A stretch of DNA of 63,724 nucleotides, the filler included, from Blastocystis sp. subtype 4 (lineage: Eukaryota), in NCBI RefSeq assembly GCF_000743755.1. It is 4 parts of 4 records of this genome, joined end to end, with 100 filler letters (N's around TTAATTAATTAA, not from the genome) between each part and the next. Parts side by side here need not be neighbours in the genome. Positions count along the whole stretch, not along the records: positions 51,288 to 63,724 come from NW_014569253.1; 3 more parts are not named here. The stretch is one strand, 5' to 3'. Under the pieces are notes generated by a model that was not told the origin of the DNA, ran no database searches, and saw only the letters and a list, made by a program, of their open reading frames with translations. Positions within the stretch are counted from its first letter, which is position 1. Each line of letters starts with the position of its first letter. Made by a program: the position numbers and the translations under genes. Positions 52,982-63,724 of this stretch are shown here, in pieces.

Positions 52982-54265
52982 ATGAATAGTGCAGGAAATC
53001 AATACTATAATACATATGCAAAGAAGGTAGAGAGAAGAGTAGGACCATAAAGTACAGATTATCGAGAATGGAAGAGAGTATGCAAATGGCAAAAGTGTTT
53101 CGGTGATATTGGATAGTTTTTTCATTACAGTAGGTTTTGATGTTTTTAAAATACCGCTTAGCCTGACTCGGAGCAAGGAAAAACAGTTTTGAATGCGTTG
53201 AAAGCGAACCAGCTCCTATTTGATAAAAAATATGTAGTGAAAATGTTATGGAGTGAGTTGTAGGAAAATTGCGATTTGATAGTTGGTCCAGGGTTTACTC
53301 CGTCGTGCTGCGTATGTAGTACAAAGAACTATTATCCCTGGAAGTTGATTGGTGTTGCTGTAGATGTGGGTTGTCAGGTGATAAAGTGTATCTTACCTCT
53401 TGTGCTTTGTGAAAAGTGTTTCCGCAAGCGCTTTTGTTTTCAAGTGCAGACACCGTATTTATGTGGCATTGCTGTGTTTCCACCTGTGGAACCCAGTACA
53501 AAGGCGTCTTCTCCTGCTGTTCCGATAAGCCGTGTTCCATTGAGTTCGGCTCCAAGTGTGTCTGAGGTTGCTTCCCAATCTAAAGAGAGTGGAGCAGGAC
53601 GCCCCATCTCGGTGCTACCAGCTCGAGTTCCTACAGCACCTGTGTCTGCATCTTCACCTTCGCCAAACCCTCCACCTCCTCAGATGCCATCGGTGCAGTC
53701 ATTGCAACCAGCACCTTCGGTCCAGTCTTCGAAAGTGACTCGAATTTCGGAACCGTTTTCGGTTCCAGGAGATCTTGCGAACTATGGTGTTGATGATGTC
53801 CTTGGTGAGACTCGGATTAGCGATCAGTCAAGTATCTCAGAACCGGTTACCGTAGCAGATACAATGGAGGATGAGGTCTGTTATACGCTCCCTTTCCGTC
53901 AAGGTGGATTCTTTAGGACATGGTTGAATTCATTCTTTGTGATCAATCGTCGTTCCATCTCCATGTATCCCAATGAGAAGCGAAATGAACGCAAGCGGAA
54001 AGAGATTCTTCTGTATGATGCTTCGGCGAGTGTAGATGTGATGGGAGAAGATAACATATAGCATTCGGCATTGTCGAGTGATAGTAAGCATCCATACTGT
54101 GTAAGTATCCAGCCAGGTGCAAGTTCAACCCGTAACAAGGCGTTTGTGGTTTGTTTGCCGAGTGCCGAAGAGGAGGCAGCCTTTTTGGAAGTATTAGAGC
54201 AGTATATGGCGATTGCCCGACAGTATCCTCCGGAACAGAATGAAGATGATGATGTTGAGGAGTGA
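52982..54265 (+). CDS. Protein with a Cys-rich N-terminal region, Pro/Ser-rich linker and C-terminal PH domain
   Basis: CCVC..LCEKC; RQGGFFRTWLNSFFVI..HPYCVSI..FVVCLPSAEEEAAFLEVL. Confidence 0.68.
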
Positions 54266-54529
54266 TATGTTTGTTAGAGAATGGAGAGGGTGTTTATGGG
54301 AAGTATGATGAAGGTTATATGGGAAGAATGAAGAAGGTGTTAGGAAGTATGAAGAGAGGTGATGAAGGATTGTGAAGATTGGATATGATTCAGAATTGGA
54401 ACGAAACGACACTATAATGATATACAAATTGAAGATAGTATAACGAATAGTAGCCCCTTTCAACTCTCCACTCACATCTATTCACTGCCACTTTTATATA
54501 CAACACACATTCTTATAACACAAACATTC

Positions 54530-56009
54530 TTATTTCTTTACAACTTGATGCAAACCATCTTGGATTCGCCGTAGAATTTTCTCCAGTTCGCAATACTGAG
54601 CTTCATTCAGATCGGAGGGTAAATCACTAACAGGCTTCTTTGGAATGGGATCCACTGAACCTGATCGTCGTAATGCGTACTGGCGATACTGAGAAGACAA
54701 ACCATAGGAATCATAGGCTGTACGTTTGATAGATCTCCGACGGGTGAGAATAGTAGATGGATCCGAATCCAAAATAGAACCGATTTGTTGAATTCGAGCA
54801 TACTCACGTTCAAAAAAGTCACTCAGCGTCTTTGCCATAATAGTTCTAGATGAGATACAACCTCTAAACCATACACATCATCTGTTGCTTTGTTGTACAA
54901 CACGGCATTATCAAAGACGAGACGGACGAGAGAGAGGTATTCATCTTCTGTGTGAATACTGCCATCAAGGAAACGTCCTTGAATTGTTCCAAAATCCATA
55001 GGATTCTTGATAATGTCAAAATAGTCTGGAATATGCAATGCAACTGGATCTACAGGTTGTAAGAACGGTCCCGCCCATTTATGGTGCATCAACTTAGCGT
55101 GCAGCCGATAACACGCATGAACGGCCGTTGGAACAGTAGAAGGAATATCACTCGAATTGCCGCTAATATAAGACAACTAGATAACAAGATTCGCTAACAT
55201 CTTACCAATCGACTGGAAGCGCGTGTCTCCTTCGGTCCATCGGGCTTTCCTTCTGGCCGTTTCTTGACAGTATCAACTTTATATATCTTTGTACACACCA
55301 TTTCTTGAGTCTCAGGGTTGTATGTTCCTTGGAGCTCATAAGGCCCAAGACGATTGGACCCAGCTCCACCAACGAGATATTTTCCATCCTTGGGTGTGAA
55401 AACAATATGCATACGATTCTCGGCAATTTTCCGAGGTGGATTGAATTTAATCCAGAAGTAACCTCCATAGACCCCTGAAATTGGCTCCGAGGAGATAACA
55501 GCTCCTTCAGGTCGTTTGATGGAATAGACAAAGTCACTGGTGATACCATTGATCTTTCCAGCTGAACCCATTCCCCACTACAATTGAGAGAGATACGAAG
55601 ACGAACTTTTCCAGTCCAGAAGGCTCCTCGATTATCTTGATAATATCGTCCCTTTAAAATTGGTACGGTTACTGGAGTCGGATTTTCTACAAATAACGAA
55701 AAACAATGATTCAAACTTAGAGTGACTGTAATATGAACAGGTCGCTTCGTTTCTTCAGTTGGCTCAATTTCATAGGACCCATCTGTCGAATCCGAGCCAT
55801 CGTCGCCAGTGGAATCTGGAGATGTGGGAGCGTGAACAGAAATGACTTCTGTTTCTAAATCTATTCACGATAAGATAGAGATGGGATGAATTACTCAACT
55901 TATTCTTGATTAGCGTTTCATCGAACGGTGCAGAGGATGAAGGTTCATTATGAAAGCTACAAGGTTACTGATCTAAATACAAGGGTTACTCACTAGGTGT
56001 AGTAGACAT
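54530..56009 (-). CDS. Bromodomain protein
   Basis: HKWAGPFLQPVDPVALHIPDYFDIIKNPMDFGTI..LVFDNAVLYN. Confidence 0.9.
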
Positions 56010-56195
56010 TCCTGAAAATGGAGTTGGCAGGTGATAGTCGAGGGGGAATGTCTATAAGCAGAAGTAGTTGAAGAGATCGAGTTATAGACGATGAGTAGTC
56101 GATGTGGTTTGTGAAAACCATTGGTTCATCCAATGAGATTGCGATATTTTCGGTTCGTTCAACCCAGAAACCTAAATCGTATTCCATCCAAAGCC

Positions 56196-58155
56196 ATGTC
56201 TACTGCAAGTACTCGTATTGCCATTGTAGACGGCGAAAAGGTGGGAAGTGGATTTGTAGGAGTGATGTGTAGTGCAAACCGTCAAGATGTGGTCTTGAGT
56301 GTAAGCGATACTGCCCTCGTGTAAAGATGGGAACCTTGTGTGTGGAGGTGAAGAGCACTTCGAAGATTAGTGTGATTTCTGAAGAATTGTGTATCGGATG
56401 TGGTATTTGTGTGAAGAAGTGTCCATACAAGGCCATTGATATTATCAATTTGCCGAAGGTATTTTCGTTGTTTGATTATTGAAATGCAGAGTCTTGAGAA
56501 TGAAACAACGCATCGTTTTGGTCGGAATTCCTTCAAATTGCATCGTCTTCCTACACCTCGTCCGAATCAAGTCTTAGGTCTAGTAGGAACAAATGGAATT
56601 GGTAAGTCCACTGCATTGAAGGTAATAAATCGTCTGGTGGATGATTGCTAGATCCTTGCTGGCAAGCTGAAGCCCAATCTTGGTAACTTTACGAACCCTC
56701 CCGACTGGGAGACGATTCTGAAGTACTTCCGTGGAAGTGAGTTGCAGAACTACATCAAGCGTATTTTGGAGGAGGATTTGGTTGCTCGTATGAAGATTCA
56801 GTATGTTGACCAGATACCTCGTCATTTGCGAGGACAGGTGGAGAAGCTGTTGAATGCTCGTAGTGAGCGGGATGTGTTGAAGGAGGTGTGTGATGCTTTG
56901 GAGTTGAACCATCTGATGAGTCGTGATATCGATCAATTGTCAGGTGGTGAGTTACAGCGTCTTGCTATCGCAATGACTACAGTAAGCAAGTCCGATGTGT
57001 ACATGTATGATGAGCCCTCTTCTTATTTGGATGTAAAACAGCGTCTGAGAGCAGCCGAAGTGATTCGTTCAGTTCTGGACACGAAGAAGGGAACGTATGT
57101 GATTGTAGTAGAGCACGACTTGGCTGTTCTGGATTACCTGTCGGACTTTGTGTGTGTATTGTATGGTCGTCCGGGCGCTTATGGTGTGGTGACGATGCCT
57201 TTCAATGTTCGTGATGGAATTAACATTTTCTTGGCAGGTTTTGTTCCCACGGAGAATCTCCGTTTCCGTGAGATTGAGTTGTCATTCAAGGTGGCCCAAA
57301 CGGCTGAAGATACGTTGAAGCGTGGTAAACGTGATGCTCAGTACAACTATGAGGCAATGACGAAGACGCTTCAAGGCAAGGGTCATACATTCAAACTGCA
57401 TGTGGAAGCTGGTAATTTCAGCGAATCGGAGATCATTGTGATGCTGGGCGAGAATGGAACAGGTAAGACAACCTTTATTCGTATGTTGGCTGGTCTGATG
57501 AAGTGTGATGAGGAAGAAGCGGGTCGTGCCTCTTCGATTCCTGCTCTCTCTGTGTCCTACAAGCCTCAGACTATTTCACCCAAGTTTGAGGGTTCGGTGG
57601 AGGCGTTGTTCCAAATGAAGATCCGCGCGGCGTATATCCATCCACAGTTCCAGACGGATGTGTTGAAGCCTATGAACATTGAGGGTATTATGGAGCAACC
57701 TGTGAATGTGTTATCTGGAGGAGAGTTGCAGCGTGTGGCTATTGTACTGGCTCTGGGCAAGCCTGCGAACATTTATCTGATTGATGAACCATCTGCCTAT
57801 TTGGATTCGGAACAGCGTATTGTGTGCGCCCGTGTAGGATGTGAGAGGGAGTTATGAGTGTAGATTATCAAGCGATTCATTCTACATGCCAAGCGTACAG
57901 CATTTGTAGTTGAGCACGATTTTATCATGGCAACCTATCTTGCTGATCGTGTGGTGGTGTATGAGGGTCAGCCTGGTGTGGAGTGTACTGCTCGAAAGCC
58001 TGAAATCTTGTTGACAGGTATGAACCGTTTCTTGAAGCATTTATCGATTACATTCCGTCGTGATCCTAACAATTACCGACCGAGAATCAACAAGATGGAT
58101 TCACAGAAGGATAAGGAGCAGAAGGCGAGTGGAAATTATTTCTTTATGGAAGATT
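56196..58155 (+). CDS. ABCE1: ABCE1/RLI1 ribosome recycling factor; poly(A)-generated stop after YFFMED
   Basis: TRIAIV, Fe-S cysteines [33 protein letters not shown] x2, [13 protein letters not shown]. Confidence 0.98.
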
Positions 58156-58159
58156 GGTG

Positions 58160-58167
58160 TGTTTGTT
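58160..58167 (+). promoter_or_regulatory. TGTTTGTT polyadenylation motif (T58155)
   Basis: Exact motif; T58155 follows YFFMED. Confidence 0.85.
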
Positions 58168-58438
58168 GACGTTTCTGGAATAATGTTCGTGAGTAAGGGT
58201 ATCGAATGATGTGCAAAACGTTTATAAGGATTGGATTCGCCATAGGAGTTGTAGCTAGTCAATCTGTACATCATAACCAATCATCATTGCTGCTCATCAT
58301 TCAGTTCTGTGCTGTCCATCATTGTTACTTATTATCTAATTCTTTGCTACCGATCACACACATCATCGCTACATCTACTGTCATTACGAATCCCTATTAT
58401 CTTCTACCACACATTCCATTTACACTCAATCCAATTTT

Positions 58439-58446
58439 AACAAACA
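58439..58446 (-). promoter_or_regulatory. TGTTTGTT polyadenylation motif (T58451)
   Basis: Exact motif; T58451 follows FEEVWKIH. Confidence 0.85.
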
Positions 58447-58450
58447 AACG

Positions 58451-59283
58451 AATGAATCTTCCATACTTCTTCAAATGCATTCATCAACTTACCACAGGCA
58501 AGAGAACCACTCAACTATACGTCAAAAAACAATTAAATCCACTACTGGATACTGAGAAAAGGAAAGCATACTCTCAGCATACTCCACATCCAAGTGTCCA
58601 TGGGCAAAGGCACCAAAAACAAAAACAAATGAATCTGTATTTGTATTATCGTCCGTATTCTCGGATAATACCTCGACCAAATCCAAAGGATCGACCAACG
58701 TCCCAGTTACTGAAGTACCAAACACACGAGCACCTGTAGGAAGATGGTCGGTAATTGGATTTTTAATTACTTTCATGAGACATTCATCTCCGGATTGTGC
58801 ACGAATCTTCATTTTATCCAAAAGCTGAACTAGGAAATAACAAGGAATAATCAGAATCCACCCATCATGCTACTAAAACGCTTAAAAGTTCGTGGTACAT
58901 GGAGTTTGGAATTGACATCAATAAGAACATTCTTTGCTGTGTGAATATATACCTATATGAAAAGATAATACGTATATCAACTTTAAGCATTCCCGACTTG
59001 TTGAGGGCAGAATCGAGTAACGTAAGCAAACACTATAGATGAATAACAACATGGACGAGTACTTGATGGCAAATATCAGGCCGTGATTCCGAAGCATCTC
59101 TACCTAGTTTCTTGTGAATACCCTTGTGATCATCTGCATTTAATAAAACATATCCCTAGGTATTCAAACAATACAATGAATAAAAACCTTCTTTGATTTG
59201 ACCGTTTCCAAACAAGCACCTTCCAAAACGACTACAACTTGACGTTTCTTCACATTTCCTTGAGAGTCCTTGTTTGAAGACAT
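58451..59283 (-). CDS. EMG1: rRNA pseudouridine methyltransferase NEP1/EMG1; poly(A)-generated stop
   Basis: [59 protein letters not shown]. Confidence 0.95.
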
Positions 59284-59396
59284 GGGAGGGTTTTGTAGTG
59301 AAGTATTCTGATCTCAAGGAGAATCGATAAAACCTTCAAATAGTGTCCCAACACTGTCTTTTACTAACAAACACAATCAACTATCATAAAACTAAA

Positions 59397-59949
59397 TCAC
59401 GAATATGAAACATCTAGCGAACTGGGAAAATAATCCTTGAAAGGAACTGGACATGAAACAGCACGGGCTACTGTGACACTACCCAAATGAAAGGGATAAT
59501 CACAGGGAATCCAGACCAAAGAAGGAACACACGCGATACAGTTCGAAAAGGCACTGGTACAGGGAAGAAAGAATGGTTGCGGTAATGGAGAAGAAGAAAG
59601 CGATTCTCGACTCGCAGTACTGATAGGAGAGGTTGATAACCGCTCCTGGATAATTGTATCTTGACCATCTATTGGCACTTTTCCTTGAAGTCTAGAAATG
59701 CGCATTTTTCGCTTTTTAATCTGCTTTACTATTCATCAAACGGTAAAACAAGTCGATACAGCGGTATATTTCTCGTTGCTTCTGACGACAGACATCACAA
59801 TTGGCGGTAGAAGACTCCGTATAGAGACTCACAAAGTGATCTAGTGTCAAGGACTGACCACACGTTTGACAGATCCGTTTTGGTACATCAGGCTCCTCTT
59901 TGGGAGTTAGGATCCTCGAATGATCCGCAACATTTGCGAGTAATGGCAT
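59397..59949 (-). CDS. Hypothetical protein with a C4 zinc-binding motif
   Basis: KRICQTCGQSL..DHF..ANCDVCRQKQR; one 31-nt intron joins the two ORFs. Confidence 0.55.
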
Positions 59950-60072
59950 GTGATGTGTTGAAATATAAATTAGAAACAAAAACACAAGTACGTTCATGCA
60001 TGACAAAAACTCCATAAAAGAGAGGCGATTTTTGGAATCGAACACTAAGAATATTCGATAAACACATGTATC

Positions 60073-61214
60073 TTATTCCATGAGATGCTTGAATTCATCC
60101 ATCAAATCTTCCACTGATTGATTCTGTAAATTCGGGTTCTGGATCTGACTGCATTTTTCTGTAAAACCACTTTCTTCGATGGTAACGTAAAGGAATTCGA
60201 TAGTGTAGAGAAAACATAGGATATGTAATACCCCACTCATTTTCATCTTCTGAAACTGGTATTATCACTGGTTTCCATTCCTCCGGTTTCCATTTCCTAC
60301 GAAACACTTGTTGCAAACGATGACAATCTGGATTTGGACATTCGGGATTTGGATAGAGAATAGTGGATGGAAAGAAGTTTGTCTGGGACATGAACCCTTG
60401 GTAGTAGGATATTTGTCCGAATGCAAGGAGATACTTCAATGCATTATGAGATAATAACCCTGCAATAATACCAATCGTAGTGGGCAGAGAAGCAGCACAA
60501 ACACCATCACGTCGAATTGTCTTTTCATCAATACCAGATGCTACAGCGAGTGGGGGAAGACACTGGAAACATGCAGTCCGTCCAGGGAGCATTAATTGGA
60601 TGTGACCTGATAGAGCATCTTCGGACACACCGCTTTCCATCCATACTTGATTCAGATGCGTACAAATGGAATTGATAGTCATTCGAGCACTATAGTTATC
60701 GACACACGAGAGGACAAGATCCACCTGACCGTTCGAGAGAGATCCCGTTGAAATGCAGGAAGAGAGCAAATCGTATCCATCCAGTGATGTAAAGGAGTCT
60801 TAAAACAAAAGAAAGATGGATATGTGAAGTGATGTCGCAGTTGAAACATGCGTATTGGACATCAGGGTTGATGGTCTAGAATTAAACTAAAAGGGGAAAA
60901 ATACTTGAAGCGTTGCCTTCGCCGCAACGACTTTTGATAATCCACATTGGGATGGAAGATAAAACAACCGATTCATGTTGGCTGTCTCAACAGTGTCATA
61001 GTCAAATAGAATCATCTTTCCAATTCCACAACGACTCAACATTTCCGCAGTAACACTTCCAACACCTCCAATTCCAACAATGAGAACAGTTTTGGAACGG
61101 ATAGACTCATAATTCTACGAAGTAACGAAATGACAAAGAAGAGACTTGAACGACTCCCATTCGCTGTAAGGCAAGGAGTCTGCTGTATGGATTCTCGTTT
61201 TGAGTTGATTGCAT
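60073..61214 (-). CDS. UBA5: UFM1-activating enzyme UBA5 (contains two AT-AC introns)
   Basis: [72 protein letters not shown]. Confidence 0.95.
60182..60224 (-). other. U12-type AT-AC intron (43 nt) in UBA5
   Basis: ATATCCTA...TCCTTTAC-GTTAC; removal gives ENEWGITIEE and the C-terminal [10 protein letters not shown] helix. Confidence 0.85.
60784..60823 (-). other. U12-type AT-AC intron (40 nt) in UBA5
   Basis: ATATCCAT...TCCTTTAC-ATCAC; removal restores the frame NCDITSLDGYD. Confidence 0.88.
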
Positions 61215-61302
61215 CCAAAAGAAAGACCATAATGAAATTGACAGAGAACTAGAGATTACTTGAATATCCTTAACGTGACTGTTATCGTGTGAGAATTTCT
61301 TA

Positions 61303-62718
61303 ATGCATATTTCTTATTGTCAATGTTGTAAGTTGAACCATGAACAGGGGAGAGGTCATATTTATAGTACGAAGCACATAAAGAAGCTGAATGAATGGTC
61401 AGAAAGGCAACGGAAACGTGTTTCTGACTGTTTGCTGTTGGCGCAGAATGGATATGCCAATCCAAATTTAACACAACATTCCTTCTGGTGTGCATTTTGT
61501 GGGATGGAAATTTTGGATGAAGCACCAATGATCGTGTAAGTTGTCAAGGAGGTGTTTTAATGTAGTCGTAACTGTCTGGATCATCTGTGTAGCAAGAGTC
61601 ATATTAATTCTGTTTATTCGTTTTTTCGAATGAATGGAACGAACAACAAAGTGATTGATCAAAAGTGGTTTTATGTGGGAGAACCATTTCGAGATGAAGT
61701 TTGGGATCGAATATAATGTAATATGTAGTATGTGGAGCGTTGCAAGAGTTATATTTACCATAATAAGACTTCGCGTTCTTTGTTCTCTCCAAGTGCTCCT
61801 GTATGTGGTCCCAAGCCGGCTCCCGTTAAACAAGAACGGGCTCCTGTGATTGTGCAACGGACATTTTCATCGTCTCTGGAAGCTCAGCTCCATACGTTCA
61901 CATATGACACGTTGGTGTGTGGTCCACTCCGAAGCGATGCCTACATGGCTGGAGACAGACCGGGAACTGTAAAAGTATATTGTGGTTTTTATCGGTAGCT
62001 TATTAGTTCCAGTGGGATCAAACAAAATCCTTCTGGTTATACAGCCACAGGAAAACGTGTGTGGGGTGGTGGTATTGTGAAGGTGAGCGAGCGTGAATGG
62101 CTGCCTTGGCCCATCGACTTGCTAATGATCCATTATCGTCGTCGTGTACAGAAGCAACAGGAGGAGGAGGAGAGGAAGAAGCGGGAGGCTGAGGAACGTA
62201 TACGGGAAGCAGAAGAAGAGAAGGCAATGCAGATACATACAACAAGTGCGAGTGGTAGTGGATTGACGTGTGTAGGAGGTAGAACGGTGGCTTTAGTATA
62301 GATTCCAATTCAAACCTCATCGAATGGAAATGTTCATTCGATGTCACTTCCTCCCTGGCTCCAACCGAATGAAGATAGTTCTGCCATGCGAGCCTGGAAG
62401 CGAGCCAAAGAACAGGAGCAGCGGTACCGAAAGAAGTTGCGTGCTTTGGATGTGGGTGTAGTTCGAGGTCGTCCTTCGAAAGACGATTGGCTTCCGAACT
62501 TTGGGAGTGTGTGGGAAAGTGGTCCTCGTCGAGAAACTCGAGAAGGGTTTCAAAAGGCGACACGTCCTTCTGTGGGTCCAGAAAGTGTTGTGTCGGCTCT
62601 TCAGACGCTTGTTGCGAATGGAGGAAAGGGAATGAGTGAAGAGGAGATGAATGCAGTTGTTGAGCGGAGTAAGAGCGTTGTAATGAAGAAGATTCAGTTG
62701 CGGATGGGTGCAAAATAG
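61303..62718 (+). CDS. CCDC84: CENATAC/CCDC84 (TITAN-like) minor-spliceosome factor
   Basis: YCQCCKLNHEQGRGHIYSTKH and FWCAFC..HLCSKSH zinc fingers; LPPWL; WLPNFGSVWESGPRRETR. Confidence 0.85.
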
Positions 62719-63240
62719 CGAATAGGATGTTGTATAGAGGTGTAGAGGTCTGTCGGATCTAATCCGAAGTGATCTGACAGTGATATCAATGTGACGAAGT
62801 GACCTTGAAATAATTCCATCCTTATGATTTCTCACTGGCAATACCCAAACACTTATGATAGTATATTGTTGTATTTTTTTGTCCCAAACATGTTTGATTT
62901 ACCTCTTTACATAGACCTAACTATATCCAAAGATGATACCATCATATAAGCGAAAACTATCACTTGTTGAAAGATAAGAGTTTCCATGTTGGTATTACCC
63001 TATACCAACGGATAGAGTGATTTCTCTGTTCAACTGACTTCCGCGGGAATGTATACAATGCATCCATCGTTACGAGAACTCAAATTACCTGACTTGGTGT
63101 GATTTCCTAACAAGCTACTATATTCTTTCCATTTTGATATTCATTTGTTAGCAAGAGCAATTCAGGATTGATTATATGAACAACATCAGTATTATTGATT
63201 CTCCTTCATCTCTTGAATTCCTTGGTGATTATGCGATCAA

Positions 63241-63724
63241 GAATGTTGAAATGAAGAGTGGTGATGAAATGAATGGAGAAGTGATAATGAGAATATTGAG
63301 AATGAAGAATATAGAATGAGAGTATCAGTGAGAGAAGGAAAGAAAGAAGGAATTGGTTTGTTTGTGAGAGAGAAAGGAACACTGCTTATGAAATTGATGT
63401 TTGTAAAGGATCTAGCTGAGGGACAGATGGTGAAAATAGACAAGCATGGAAGGACTGTACTTCGAGGTGATTTGAAGCAAGGAAAGGAGTATGGTTTGTT
63501 TAAGGAATTTAATATTTGGAAAAGATGGAGAGGATTGTATCGAAATGGAAAGCGATATATGACACTGAAGGAACAAGAAGGAAAGGATTCTATTCAGAAG
63601 TGAATATGAATGGAGATTTGTTGAGTGTGAGTGAATATGATGATGAATGGAGAAAGAATGGTAAGTGTTTTGAGTATGAAGGAGGAAGAATGGTTAGAGA
63701 ATGTGAATACAAGAATGGAGTAAT
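63241..63724 (+). pseudogene. Degenerate MORN-like repeat gene (purine-rich), running off the window
   Basis: GKKEGIGL, GKEYGLFKEF, WRGLYRNGKR, KNGKCFEYEGG; in-frame TGA stops upstream and a frameshift near 63585. Confidence 0.45.

Overview
Compact, AT-rich eukaryotic nuclear DNA that I read as the gut stramenopile Blastocystis, based on ~30-nt GT-AG introns, tiny intergenic spacers and a TGTTTGTT motif at gene 3' ends. The window is four contigs joined by artificial 100-nt N/TTAATTAATTAA linkers, so adjacency across linkers is not real. It holds about 36 protein-coding loci plus tRNA-Glu. These include housekeeping genes (eEF2, CK1, PLRG1, NSA2, RPS23, RPL27A, CCT8, ABCE1, EMG1, UBA5, ARP4, NOT4), meiotic HOP2 and DMC1, a secreted sialidase, legumain, an enterobacterial-like RidA and a DUF4954 protein. 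Main signals: (1) ten genes have a codon-initial T exactly 5 nt before TGTTTGTT, implying UAA stops made by polyadenylation; (2) five ultra-short (39-43 nt) AT-AC minor-spliceosome introns with a compressed branch-to-acceptor distance; (3) a CENATAC/CCDC84 gene whose start codon appears to lie inside a U12-type AT-AT intron, a candidate autoregulatory switch; (4) an Hsp110-type NBD fused to a coiled coil and MORN repeats; (5) small frameshifting lesions in essential genes, most likely assembly errors. All gene models were spliced by eye and no database searches were run.
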